64,000 nt of DNA from Clostridia bacterium (GTDB lineage Bacteria > Bacillota > DSM-521 > Neomoorellales > JACIYF01): NCBI GenBank assembly GCA_014360065.1, contig JACIYF010000003.1:1567-65566 (forward strand). The letters are read 5' to 3'. Every line of letters starts with the position of its first letter. Positions within the stretch are counted from its first letter, which is position 1. The notes under the pieces were generated by a model, which ran no database searches, was not told where the DNA came from, and saw only the letters and a list, made by a program, of their open reading frames with translations. Of this stretch, positions 25,707 to 33,986 are shown one piece after another. Both the position numbers and the translations under genes were made by a program.

Positions 25707-28565
25707 TTATCTTTTCCCAGCGGCGGCTTGCAGGCCGGCCCAGTAGCCAGTTATGACCGCCACCGCATTTCCCCACCACCGCTGGGTGAGATCGATTCCC
25801 GTACCCACGGCCGCCCTGCCCGCCGGCCAGAAATTAAAGTTTATCCAACTTGGGTTCTCTTGAGCTAAAACTGTATCCCGAAGGCCGCCGGCCCGGTTAA
25901 CCTCCGCACCTCCGCCTACCAGCCCGCCAGTTGCCAGGATTAAGCTCCGGCCTTCGGCCCCATATGGGGCACCAATGCCAGTGACTGCCGCTTGCCACCT
26001 GTTCCCTACCCTTTGAGCTACCACCGGAAAGCCAAGCACCAGGGTTATTCCCAGTTCCCGGGCACGTTGCCGCAAGGCCTGAGCCACCCGCAAACCCGAC
26101 ACCGACGGCGGCAGCGTAGGTATTTCCACCACTCGGCAGCCCAGCAACGCTTCCAGCTGCCCTATGATCGAGCTACTCTTTCCCAAACCCAGGACCGCCG
26201 GGAAACCGAGGGCGTCTCCTCGACGGGCGACTGACCCCTTGCTCATGAGGGCCTGGCGGATCTGGCGGCCTAACCTTAACAAGCAGGAAGGGTTCTCGGA
26301 AAACTCATTCTCGAAATACCGGGCCAGTTGGACGGTCGACCAACCCTGGACCCCAACGCCTAAGTCTTTTAGTTTTAAGCGCACCAGGTCCAATCGGCCA
26401 TCCCAGTCCGGCTGAGCCATCAACGCTGGGTAAAAGCCTTGCAACTCTTCCCAAGTGATGATCGGAAACCGGGTAGGATTGCCTAGCTCCGGTGGCACCA
26501 ATAAGCTCTCCGGAGCCCCCCATACCGGTACCCTATTGCCCCAGGCGTCAATCATCCCATGGGGAGTTCCTTCCTGGCCGACCCAATAAGGCAAGCCTGC
26601 CGCCAAAAGCTCTTCCCGCAAAAACGCCAAGGCTTCCAGGACTTGCTCCGGTGTTAATCTCAGCAGGTGAGCTAGCTCTTCCAGATTGGGGCGGCTGCCC
26701 GGCGGCCCAGCCGTAATGGCACCCGAGGAAAGTTCCAGCAAACCCCACCCTTGGGCCAAAACGGCCACCCGTACGCCCCGCCGGGCAGCCGCCAGGGCTG
26801 CCACCAGCCCGGCCAACCCGGCCCCTATTACCAAGACATCAAATCGCTTCCAGTAGTTGGGCTTGAAGGTTTCCCTTGCAGCGGCCGGCTCCGCCGGCTT
26901 CGCTGGGCCAGGAAGCGCAGACTCCCAAGCCGACCTGGTCTCCAGCAGGCCTTTGGCCCCCAACCTCAACAGCTCCGCCTGGAGCAACTGAGTCCCCCGC
27001 GCGACCGGCTGCATGCCCCGAAGCCGCTCTTCCCAGAACTCCCTCAGCTGCAGCCGCCCCTCCAGGGGCGAAAGCAGTCCCGCTGCCACCAGCTCTCCTG
27101 CCGCCCGGTACCCGCACCAAAAGCCCTGACAACTGCCCATGCCTAGGCGGGTCAAGTGCCGGATTTTCACTAGACTAACAGCTTTGCCCTGCCCGCTTCC
27201 CTGGGATGGATGGCCAGCAGCGCTAAGGAGCATTTCTTTGGAAACCCCTTCGCATTCGCATATCAGGCCTAGCTCCCGGGCTGGCTCCAGCTTTGCCCCT
27301 GTCAGCTTAGCCTCAAGCCCATAAGACTTTCCCATTATAACCTTTCTTGCTTCCTTCGCGCCGGAGCCGAACATTATTAAGTCAGCAGCCTTCTCCGCCA
27401 TTAGCCGGGCAGTTATCAGCTTCCCACCTACTACCGAATAGAATCCCCATAGCCCTTCTTGTTGCCCGTGATCGATGATATGAAAATCCCGGCTTATGGC
27501 CCGCCCCGATTTAGCGTTGCCTTTACAGCTGCTATTACCGCTGCCGCCAGCCCCGCCGCCAACCGGCTGCCCAGCACCTGCCTCCGCTGCCGGAGCACAT
27601 AGGGGCCTAACCCCCGAAAAGGCTCTGATCAGGCGTTCCCGATCGAGCGCTGGTATCAGCTCCCGTCCCAGCTGAAGCAGCTGCTCAATCTCGGTGGACG
27701 TAGCCTCAAAAGCACTGGGCTGCTCCACCGCTAAAGCGGTGGTGCCGAGAATCGATGCCGTACGGTGGGGCAACAATATATCTCCGTCCCCTGGGGGTCG
27801 CAGTCGATTGAGAGCCCGCTGCACTAATCGGCGGCCAAATACCAAAAGGGTGCCTTTGGAAAGAGCCAGGGGTACCTTACAATTAGCTAGCTGGGCTACC
27901 TGGGCCGCCCAAGCGCCGGCCGCATTGATTATGGCCCAACCGGGCAAATACTGTTTTTCCCCGGTCCTGGTGTTGGTTGCCCATACCCCCGCCGCTCGAC
28001 CCTCAACCACCTCTATGGCTTCCACTCGGGTGTGGGGATAGTACTCAGCCCCCCGGGCCAGGGCTTCGGCTACCACCTCCCGCACCCACAAAAAGGGATC
28101 GATGGCCCCGTCCGGCACCTGATAAACAGCCGTCACTTCTGGACTTAAGAGCGGTTCCTGTTCCCGAGCTTCAGCTAAAGCGATGGAGCGGACTGGAATA
28201 CCAAGGTGGCGACAGCCTTCCAGCCACTCCTGGACATAATCAGGGTCATCTTGGGCCAGCGACACAAACCAGCCCCCAGTGGGATCAACGGCAAAGCTGG
28301 CCAGGCGGCGCAAAATTTGATTCTCCCGCCAGCATTCCTGAGCAGCAGCCGGATCGGTGACAGCATAGCGGGCTCCGCTGTGGAGAAGCCCATGGCATCG
28401 GCCGGTGGCCCCAAAGGCCAATTCTTCCTGCTCCAAAAGGCTAGCGGCAACCCCTCGCCGGGACAATTCCCAGAGCAAAAGCGATCCGGTGGCCCCACCC
28501 CCGATGATTATTACTCGTCGGTCCTGGCTTTCAATCACTACCTGCTCACCCTTTGATGCTCCCAT
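25707..28565 (-). CDS. glpA: Fused anaerobic glycerol-3-phosphate dehydrogenase subunits A and B (GlpA-GlpB), 952 aa
   Basis: The N-terminus has FAD motif VIIIGGGATGS..., HSGARY and a BFD-like CECEGVS. A second FAD motif FDVLVIGAGLAGLVAALAAARRG near aa 575 starts a GlpB-like half. The start could instead be GTG 28538 (AAGGGTGAG upstream). Confidence 0.8.
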   Translation of the reverse strand: MGASKGEQVVIESQDRRVIIIGGGATGSLLLWELSRRGVAASLLEQEELAFGATGRCHGLLHSGARYAVTDPAAAQECWRENQILRRLASFAVDPTGGWFVSLAQDDPDYVQEWLEGCRHLGIPVRSIALAEAREQEPLLSPEVTAVYQVPDGAIDPFLWVREVVAEALARGAEYYPHTRVEAIEVVEGRAAGVWATNTRTGEKQYLPGWAIINAAGAWAAQVAQLANCKVPLALSKGTLLVFGRRLVQRALNRLRPPGDGDILLPHRTASILGTTALAVEQPSAFEATSTEIEQLLQLGRELIPALDRERLIRAFSGVRPLCAPAAEAGAGQPVGGGAGGSGNSSCKGNAKSGRAISRDFHIIDHGQQEGLWGFYSVVGGKLITARLMAEKAADLIMFGSGAKEARKVIMGKSYGLEAKLTGAKLEPARELGLICECEGVSKEMLLSAAGHPSQGSGQGKAVSLVKIRHLTRLGMGSCQGFWCGYRAAGELVAAGLLSPLEGRLQLREFWEERLRGMQPVARGTQLLQAELLRLGAKGLLETRSAWESALPGPAKPAEPAAARETFKPNYWKRFDVLVIGAGLAGLVAALAAARRGVRVAVLAQGWGLLELSSGAITAGPPGSRPNLEELAHLLRLTPEQVLEALAFLREELLAAGLPYWVGQEGTPHGMIDAWGNRVPVWGAPESLLVPPELGNPTRFPIITWEELQGFYPALMAQPDWDGRLDLVRLKLKDLGVGVQGWSTVQLARYFENEFSENPSCLLRLGRQIRQALMSKGSVARRGDALGFPAVLGLGKSSSIIGQLEALLGCRVVEIPTLPPSVSGLRVAQALRQRARELGITLVLGFPVVAQRVGNRWQAAVTGIGAPYGAEGRSLILATGGLVGGGAEVNRAGGLRDTVLAQENPSWINFNFWPAGRAAVGTGIDLTQRWWGNAVAVITGYWAGLQAAAGKR

Positions 28566-28583
28566 TCACCTTTAGTGCCTGCC

Positions 28584-28636
28584 AAAAAGAAAAGCCCTAC
28601 TGGCCTGCGCCCCTACAGCGCCGGCTCGTAGGACTT
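28584..28636 (-). terminator. Strong intrinsic terminator in the glpP-glpA spacer (candidate GlpP antitermination target)
   Basis: The minus-strand RNA is AAGUCCUAC-GA-GCCGGCGC-UGUAGGG-GCGCAGGC-CA-GUAGGGCUU followed by UUCUUUUU. It ends 18 nt before the glpA ATG. Confidence 0.6.
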
Positions 28637-28666
28637 CTCGCCTTCTCCAGCCCTAACTATCAACTT

Positions 28667-28691
28667 TATAGATACAAGATATAGATACAAG
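28667..28691. repeat. Perfect 12-bp direct repeat TATAGATACAAG x2 (1-nt spacer) in an AT-rich island of the glpP-glpA spacer
   Basis: The copies at 28667-28678 and 28680-28691 are identical. Function is unknown (operator or promoter element?). Confidence 0.7.
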
Positions 28692-28741
28692 AATAGACAT
28701 ACGCCACCCGGGCCGAGAATCCTGCCTGCAACCCCACCCCA

Positions 28742-29353
28742 TTAGTCGCCAGTATAATTCCAAACTGCCCGGTAGCTAGTACTGACCGCCAAAGCTCCAG
28801 CTGCCAGCGCATCCCTGGCTTCTTGAGGCTTTCGGATCAGTCCTCCGGTAATGATGGGAAGCTTAAGCGACTGGCATATTTGGGCAATAATCCGGGGCGG
28901 GAGCACCCCCGGCAATATCTCCACCGCGTCCGGGTGGCAGGACCGGGCCATGCGCACCCCAGTCCGAATAGCATCAGTATCTACCAGGAATAGTCGGATT
29001 ATGCTGAGCAGGTTTTCCGACTTTCCTGCCTCGACTAAATTAGCCCGGGTGGTAATGAGGCCGTCAGCACCCAAGCGGGCTAAGTACCTGACTCCTGCCG
29101 CATCCTTACCCAGGCCCTCAATTAGATCCAAGTGCACCAGGATGAACTTACGCCGCCGGTGGACGCTCTCAATGGCTGCCGGTAGCGACATTAAGTCGCC
29201 GCTAAGTAGGAAGATGGTGCGCAGGCGAGGATGGCTTACCACCTCCGGTAGGTCTTCTAGCCGCCGCACCGCAGCGATGAGTGGAAAGGGACCTACCAAT
29301 TCTTCTAGGCTTGGTTTCTGGGTTGACCTTGACGGCCAGCTCTCCGTGGTCAT
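28742..29353 (-). CDS. glpP: Glycerol uptake operon antiterminator GlpP
   Basis: IAAVR..EDL, IFLL.GDL, VHLDLIEGLGKD..G..YL, GLITTR and PIITGGLIR match the GlpP (G3P_antiterm) family. I prefer ATG 29353 (GGGGG upstream) over 29431. Confidence 0.8.
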   Translation of the reverse strand: MTTESWPSRSTQKPSLEELVGPFPLIAAVRRLEDLPEVVSHPRLRTIFLLSGDLMSLPAAIESVHRRRKFILVHLDLIEGLGKDAAGVRYLARLGADGLITTRANLVEAGKSENLLSIIRLFLVDTDAIRTGVRMARSCHPDAVEILPGVLPPRIIAQICQSLKLPIITGGLIRKPQEARDALAAGALAVSTSYRAVWNYTGD

Positions 29354-29408
29354 GTTTGCCCCCTGCCTACCCGCCCTAACCAGGCTAGCATTCCAGGCTA
29401 GCATCAGC

Positions 29409-29437
29409 TTGTCAAGCCCGGCCAGGACCATTATATC
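29409..29437 (+). promoter_or_regulatory. Candidate sigma-A promoter driving a long plus-strand leader toward the glycyl-radical enzyme gene
   Basis: TTGTCA (29409-14) is followed by 17 nt and then TATATC (29432-37). A second -10-like TATAAT lies at 29664-69 without a good -35. Both are speculative. Confidence 0.3.
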
Positions 29438-29948
29438 CTGAATATTGCCGGCCCGCCACTACCCTTCCACCCTCGCTGCCAAACGGCCAGGCTACCTTGG
29501 TGACAGCAAGGGTGGAGGCGGGCCAGCGGAGACTCCCAGCCAACGAGGGTGCCAGGAAGCATAGTTCGCCAGCGCCCAAACTTCGTACTTGAGATGCTAG
29601 GCGAAAGAACCGATAAAAAACTTTTCTTATTTTCTAGCAGGAATGCGGGCACATTTGTTTAATTATAATAGCGTGGAGTTTTCCGACCTTTAGCATCGAT
29701 AACTTGACCAAGGCCGGGCTGGGAGAAGGCTGAGACAGCCCTTACTAAGCGCCAACCCAAAACCTAGGGCGCTCTGGTAAGGGCTTACTTAATTCCTGGG
29801 TTGCTATTCTAAGGCAGTGCCTTATGGGAGTAGCTGCACAAGCAGGCATGAAAAGGCACGTAGGGGATGCTGGGGCGCTGGTCCGGAAGCGACATTAAGC
29901 CGAGCGGCTAAGCCACCTTAGCGACGGCGAGGGTGGAGGCAGGTCAGA

Positions 29949-30044
29949 CCCAGCACTCAACTCACGAATCCAGGCATGAGGTCCGCCTTGGGCAGGCAGC
30001 AGGTTAATTAGAGTGCTGTGGTCTGCCGGCAGTTGAGTGCTGGG
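29949..30044 (+). promoter_or_regulatory. Leader element A: 14-bp perfect long-range stem CCCAGCACTCAACT / AGTTGAGTGCTGGG enclosing 68 nt, upstream of the GRE gene
   Basis: The arms are at 29949-29962 and 30031-30044. An inner hairpin is GGCAGGCAGCA...TGCTGTGGTCTGCC. A partial second 3' copy (AGAGTGCTGTGG) lies at 30010-30021. The 5' arm and flank are near-identical to element B. Confidence 0.6.
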
Positions 30045-30188
30045 GGAGCCGGCCACGGACATGGAAGTCCGATTGGCCGGGTAGCCTGCCGGAACCTGAG
30101 CTGGAGCTTTAGGTGGCTCCGCGCAGGATTACGGAGCGGAGGAACAGCGGGCCAGCTGGAAATATGCTTTTGGGAGGAGGCAAAGAAA

Positions 30189-32576
30189 ATGGAGGAAGGC
30201 TGTAAAGTAAAGCTTTGGTCGCCATCGGAAAATCTTTCTCCCCGGGTCAAGAAGCTGCGCGATGAATACTTTAGCTACCCCCACCGAGAATTTAAGAATA
30301 CGGTTCTAGCTTACACTACTGGAGCTCCTTGGGACCGGGTATATCGCAACTACGAAGACTATGTAGTTCCAGAGATGGTCCCCTTCATGAGCGGGATAGC
30401 GGACTCCCTCTTGGCTCTAGCCCAACCGGTAGATCTGCCGGCCAATTTCTTCAAAGAGCCCCTGATCGTGCGCCGGGCTTTATTTACCCAGGCGGTGCTT
30501 CGCCAGATCCCGGTGGATATTTTGGAGGGAGAGCTAATTGTCGGCGGCCGCTTCAATACCGCCATGTCCACCTGCCTCAACCAGGAAGAAACCCAAGCCT
30601 TTGAAGCCGTCTACCAAGAATACTGCGCCAAGACCGAACGCCTGATCAACCTCGGCATCTCCAACTGCGGAGCAGTGGGCTGCCACATCATCCAGGACTT
30701 CAAGCGGCTTTTGTCCATTGGCTTTAAGGGAGTTGAAGCCGAAGCTAGACGCTTATTGCAGGAGACCAGGGACCCTGAGAAAAAAGCTTTCTATCAAGCC
30801 ATCATCATCTCCTGTGAAGCAGTCAAGGAATTTACTGCCCGCTATGCCGCCGAGGCCCGCCGGCAGGCAGAGGCCATCGGCAAAGCCGATCCAGTCCGTC
30901 AAAAGGAGCTTCAGACCATTGCCGCCATCTGCGACCGGGTGCCCTATGAGCCACCCCAGACTTTTTATGAGGCGGTTCAGGCCTGTTGGTTCATCCACAT
31001 GATTGACATGATTGCCGAGGGTTACCACGGAGCTGGCTTGTCGTATGGCCGCTTTGACCAATACCTTTACCCGTTTTATGCGCGGGACCTAGCCGAGGGT
31101 CGAATTACCCGCGACCAAGCTAAAGAAATCCTACAATGCTTCTTCATCAAGCACAACTATGCCTATGATCGCCAGCCCGCCCACGGCAAGCAGGGCATCA
31201 ACTCTGGCTATGGCCAGCTAATAACCTTAGGCGGTATGGGACCCGGCGGGGTAGACCTCACCAACGACCTCACCTACTTGATGCTGGAAGTAATCATGGA
31301 AATGAACTTACTAGAGCCCAAGTGCACCTTCCGAATACACCAGGGAACTCCTGATCTCTTGTTTAAGCGCATCCTCAAGGCCATCCACCAAGCCCAGGGA
31401 TCACCCTTCCTGCTCAACTTTGATGAGCCCAGCATCCTGGGCTTGGAGAAGGAAGGGATTTCGCCCGAAGAAGCGGTTGACTATGGGGTAGTAGGCTGCA
31501 TCGAGAACACGTCTGCTGGCAACGACCTCTCCGGCACCGTTGATGTCAACATTAACATTGCCAAAGCGGTAGAGCTGGTTCTCAACAATGGCCGCTGCCT
31601 GCTCACCGGCGAACAGATCGGCCCCGCCACTGGGGATCCTGCTAGCTTCGCTAGCTTTGATCAGTTTTTCGCCGCGTACAAGGCTCAGCTTCAGGCCATC
31701 ATCCAGCAAACCTTAGAGGTAGCCTCCACCTGGGACGGCTTACGAGCTACTTACGTTCCCGTCCCCTATCTTTCCGCCACCATTGGCGGTTGTCTAGAAA
31801 AAGGCCGCGACGTCCGGGCCGGAGGAGCCAAATACAACTTCATTACCGTGGAAGGCGTAGGCATCGCTACCGCAGCCGACTCGGTAGCGGCAGTGAAGAA
31901 ACTGGTATATGACGAAAAACGGCTGACTATGGAGGAGCTAGTAGAAGCGCTCAAGGCTAACTTCGAAGGCAAAGAAGCGCTACGGCAGCTGCTTTTGAAT
32001 CGCGCTCCCAAGATGGGCAATGATGACCCCTATGTTGATGATATCGCTCGGGAAATATCTCGTTTCTGGGGACATGAGGTACAAAAGCATGTCTCCCCCA
32101 TTACCGGCCGTCGCTACATGGGCGGTTACCTCTCCTGGAATTATTTTGTGGGCATGGGAGCAACCACCGCTGCCACCCCCGATGGCCGTAAAAACGGTGA
32201 GCCCCTGTCCAACGCTGTAGCCCCCGCCCAGGGCCGGGACGTAAACGGACCCACCGCCGCCATCAAGTCGGTTACCCACTTGGGATTTGATGCTCAACCG
32301 CGCGGAGTCTCCTATACCATTACTTTCAACCCAGCCATGCTACAAACCGAAGAGCAGTTGGCCAAGTTGGGAGCGCTGCTGAAAGCCTACGGTCAGCTGG
32401 GCGGAACCTCCATCCAGCTCAATCTGATCGACCGGGAAACCCTGATTGACGCCCAGCAGAATCCCGAAAACTACCAAAACCTCTTGGTTCGGGTCACCGG
32501 TTACAATGCTTATTTCGTTACCCTGGGGCGAGCCATGCAGGATGAGATTATTGCCCGCACCGCCCATGCGGTTTAG
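30189..32576 (+). CDS. Glycyl-radical enzyme of the PFL-like/1,2-eliminase type, substrate unknown (795 aa)
   Basis: GGGAGGAGG lies 8 nt before ATG 30189. Motifs include the Gly-radical motif LLVRVTGYNAYFVTL, the Cys loop VVGCIENTSAGN, GRFDQYLYPFY, and TPDGRKNGEPLSNAVAPAQGRDVNGPTA. Confidence 0.9.
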   Translation: MEEGCKVKLWSPSENLSPRVKKLRDEYFSYPHREFKNTVLAYTTGAPWDRVYRNYEDYVVPEMVPFMSGIADSLLALAQPVDLPANFFKEPLIVRRALFTQAVLRQIPVDILEGELIVGGRFNTAMSTCLNQEETQAFEAVYQEYCAKTERLINLGISNCGAVGCHIIQDFKRLLSIGFKGVEAEARRLLQETRDPEKKAFYQAIIISCEAVKEFTARYAAEARRQAEAIGKADPVRQKELQTIAAICDRVPYEPPQTFYEAVQACWFIHMIDMIAEGYHGAGLSYGRFDQYLYPFYARDLAEGRITRDQAKEILQCFFIKHNYAYDRQPAHGKQGINSGYGQLITLGGMGPGGVDLTNDLTYLMLEVIMEMNLLEPKCTFRIHQGTPDLLFKRILKAIHQAQGSPFLLNFDEPSILGLEKEGISPEEAVDYGVVGCIENTSAGNDLSGTVDVNINIAKAVELVLNNGRCLLTGEQIGPATGDPASFASFDQFFAAYKAQLQAIIQQTLEVASTWDGLRATYVPVPYLSATIGGCLEKGRDVRAGGAKYNFITVEGVGIATAADSVAAVKKLVYDEKRLTMEELVEALKANFEGKEALRQLLLNRAPKMGNDDPYVDDIAREISRFWGHEVQKHVSPITGRRYMGGYLSWNYFVGMGATTAATPDGRKNGEPLSNAVAPAQGRDVNGPTAAIKSVTHLGFDAQPRGVSYTITFNPAMLQTEEQLAKLGALLKAYGQLGGTSIQLNLIDRETLIDAQQNPENYQNLLVRVTGYNAYFVTLGRAMQDEIIARTAHAV

Positions 32577-32678
32577 GTGCCTACGAAAGAAGTATCAAAA
32601 TGCGGAGATGCTGGCGTAAGGCGACTTTGGGCGAGTCGCGCGAGCCGTTGGCGGGGCCGGGCCCGGAGGTGGGGCCGA

Positions 32679-32806
32679 CCCAGCACTCAACTTACGAACC
32701 TGGTAATGGGGTTACCCTGCCTAGAAAGCAAGTGTCTATGGGCCATGGTATCTTTTTGTAGCTGAGTGCTGGGGAGGCCGGTCGGGTTAGTCAGTTGAGT
32801 GCTGGG
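32679..32806 (+). promoter_or_regulatory. Leader element B between GRE and activase: same 5' arm with two alternative 3' partners
   Basis: CCCAGCACTCAACT (32679-92) can pair with AGCTGAGTGCTGGGG (32760-74, 1 mismatch, 67-nt loop) or with AGTTGAGTGCTGGG (32793-806, perfect). The 16-nt GACCCAGCACTCAACT is identical to element A. Confidence 0.6.
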
Positions 32807-32923
32807 CGCCGAAGGGTGAGGAGAAGCCATACGGATCGCTGGCGAAGCATCTTGCGCCGGCGCCAGCGCCCCGGCATGGGGAACGTTTCGGAAGAACTGC
32901 AGTTTAAGCGGGAGGGGAAAAGG

Positions 32924-33931
32924 TTGGCAGACATAGAAACCACCGCCCAGCTGGTGGCAGATCCGGGAACAGCAGAAACAGATATGGATAGAGACGAATT
33001 GGCGGTTTCGGGGCTGGTGACCAATATACAGAAGTATTCCACCGAAGATGGTCCCGGCATCCGCACCACCGTCTTTCTCAAGGGCTGCCCCCTGCGCTGC
33101 CTTTGGTGCCACAATCCCGAAGGCCAGGAAACTAGGCCGGAATTAATCTATTACCAGGTCCGCTGTATTGGCTGCGGGGCTTGCGCTGAAGTTTGCCCCC
33201 AAAAGGCTATTACCCCCGACCCGGCCACCGGCTTTAGCCCTGACCGCCGCCGCTGCACCGGCTGTGGGACCTGTGCCGACGCTTGCCCGGCCAAGGCGAG
33301 AAAGCTAATGGGCAGCCGCCTCACCGTAGCCGCATTGTTGGCCGAGGTGGAAAAGGACGTTATCTTCTATGTCCAGTCGGGCGGTGGGATCACCCTTTCC
33401 GGCGGAGAACCCACCATGCAACCTGACTTCTGCCAAGCTTTGCTCTTTTCGGCCCGAAAGCGGGGCATCCCTACCGCTTTAGATACTTGTGGCTGGGTTA
33501 GTTGGAGCACCCTCAAAGAGATGCTCCCTGCGGTTGACCTAGTCCTGTTTGATCTCAAGCAGATAGATCCCGAACTGCACCGCAAACAGGTAGGAGCGAG
33601 CTTGGAACCCATTCTAGCCAATCTTCAGCGCCTGGACGCCGCCGGCAAAGCCATCTACATTCGTACCCCAGTGGTACCCGGCTATACCGACCAAGCGGAA
33701 AACATTGCCGCCATCGCCCGGTTTTTGAGGCCGCTTGAGCAAGTGCAGGTTTGGGATCTGCTTCCCTTTCATCAGCTAGGGGAAGCCAAATACCGACAGC
33801 TGGGAAAGAAATACGCCCTGGCCAACCTTAAGCCGCCAACCACCGAAACCATGGAGAGGCTGGCCGCCATCGCCCGGTCAGAGCTAGGCCAGTCGGCCGG
33901 GCGCATCCAAGTCAATGTCGGAGTCAGCTGA
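32924..33931 (+). CDS. Glycyl-radical enzyme activating enzyme (radical SAM, with two auxiliary 4Fe-4S motifs)
   Basis: IQKYSTEDGPGIRTTVFLKGCPLRCLWCHNPE is the CX3CX2C motif. Ferredoxin-like motifs are CIGCGACAEVCP and CTGCGTCADACP. I prefer TTG 32924 (GGGAGGGG 6 nt upstream); the ATG alternatives at 32876 and 32984 lack an RBS. Confidence 0.85.
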   Translation: MADIETTAQLVADPGTAETDMDRDELAVSGLVTNIQKYSTEDGPGIRTTVFLKGCPLRCLWCHNPEGQETRPELIYYQVRCIGCGACAEVCPQKAITPDPATGFSPDRRRCTGCGTCADACPAKARKLMGSRLTVAALLAEVEKDVIFYVQSGGGITLSGGEPTMQPDFCQALLFSARKRGIPTALDTCGWVSWSTLKEMLPAVDLVLFDLKQIDPELHRKQVGASLEPILANLQRLDAAGKAIYIRTPVVPGYTDQAENIAAIARFLRPLEQVQVWDLLPFHQLGEAKYRQLGKKYALANLKPPTTETMERLAAIARSELGQSAGRIQVNVGVS

Positions 33932-33986
33932 CTAGAAGAAACAGCGCCTCAGCTAGAAATATATGTTTTGCGGAGGAGGGTTTATC

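Noticed and set aside
30018-30188. N-terminal 57-aa extension of the GRE ORF given by the ORF track (GTG 30018)
   Set aside because: The extension is Gly/Arg-rich and lies entirely inside the structured leader; it starts within the hairpin arm region. A strong GGGAGGAGG RBS sits 8 nt before ATG 30189, and GRE-like sequence begins only after that point.
29949-32806. MITE / terminal-inverted-repeat mobile element interpretation of the two leader elements
   Set aside because: I saw no target-site duplication, and the internal sequences are unrelated apart from the first ~12 nt. Both copies share the same orientation and the same distance upstream of two functionally coupled genes. It is not fully excluded; genome-wide copy number would decide.
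32795-32923. Upstream extension of the activase ORF (TTG 32795, MSAGRRRVRRSH...)
   Set aside because: It starts inside the AGTTGAGTGCTGGG arm of leader element B and is Arg-rich with no RBS. TTG 32924 has GGGAGGGG at ideal spacing.
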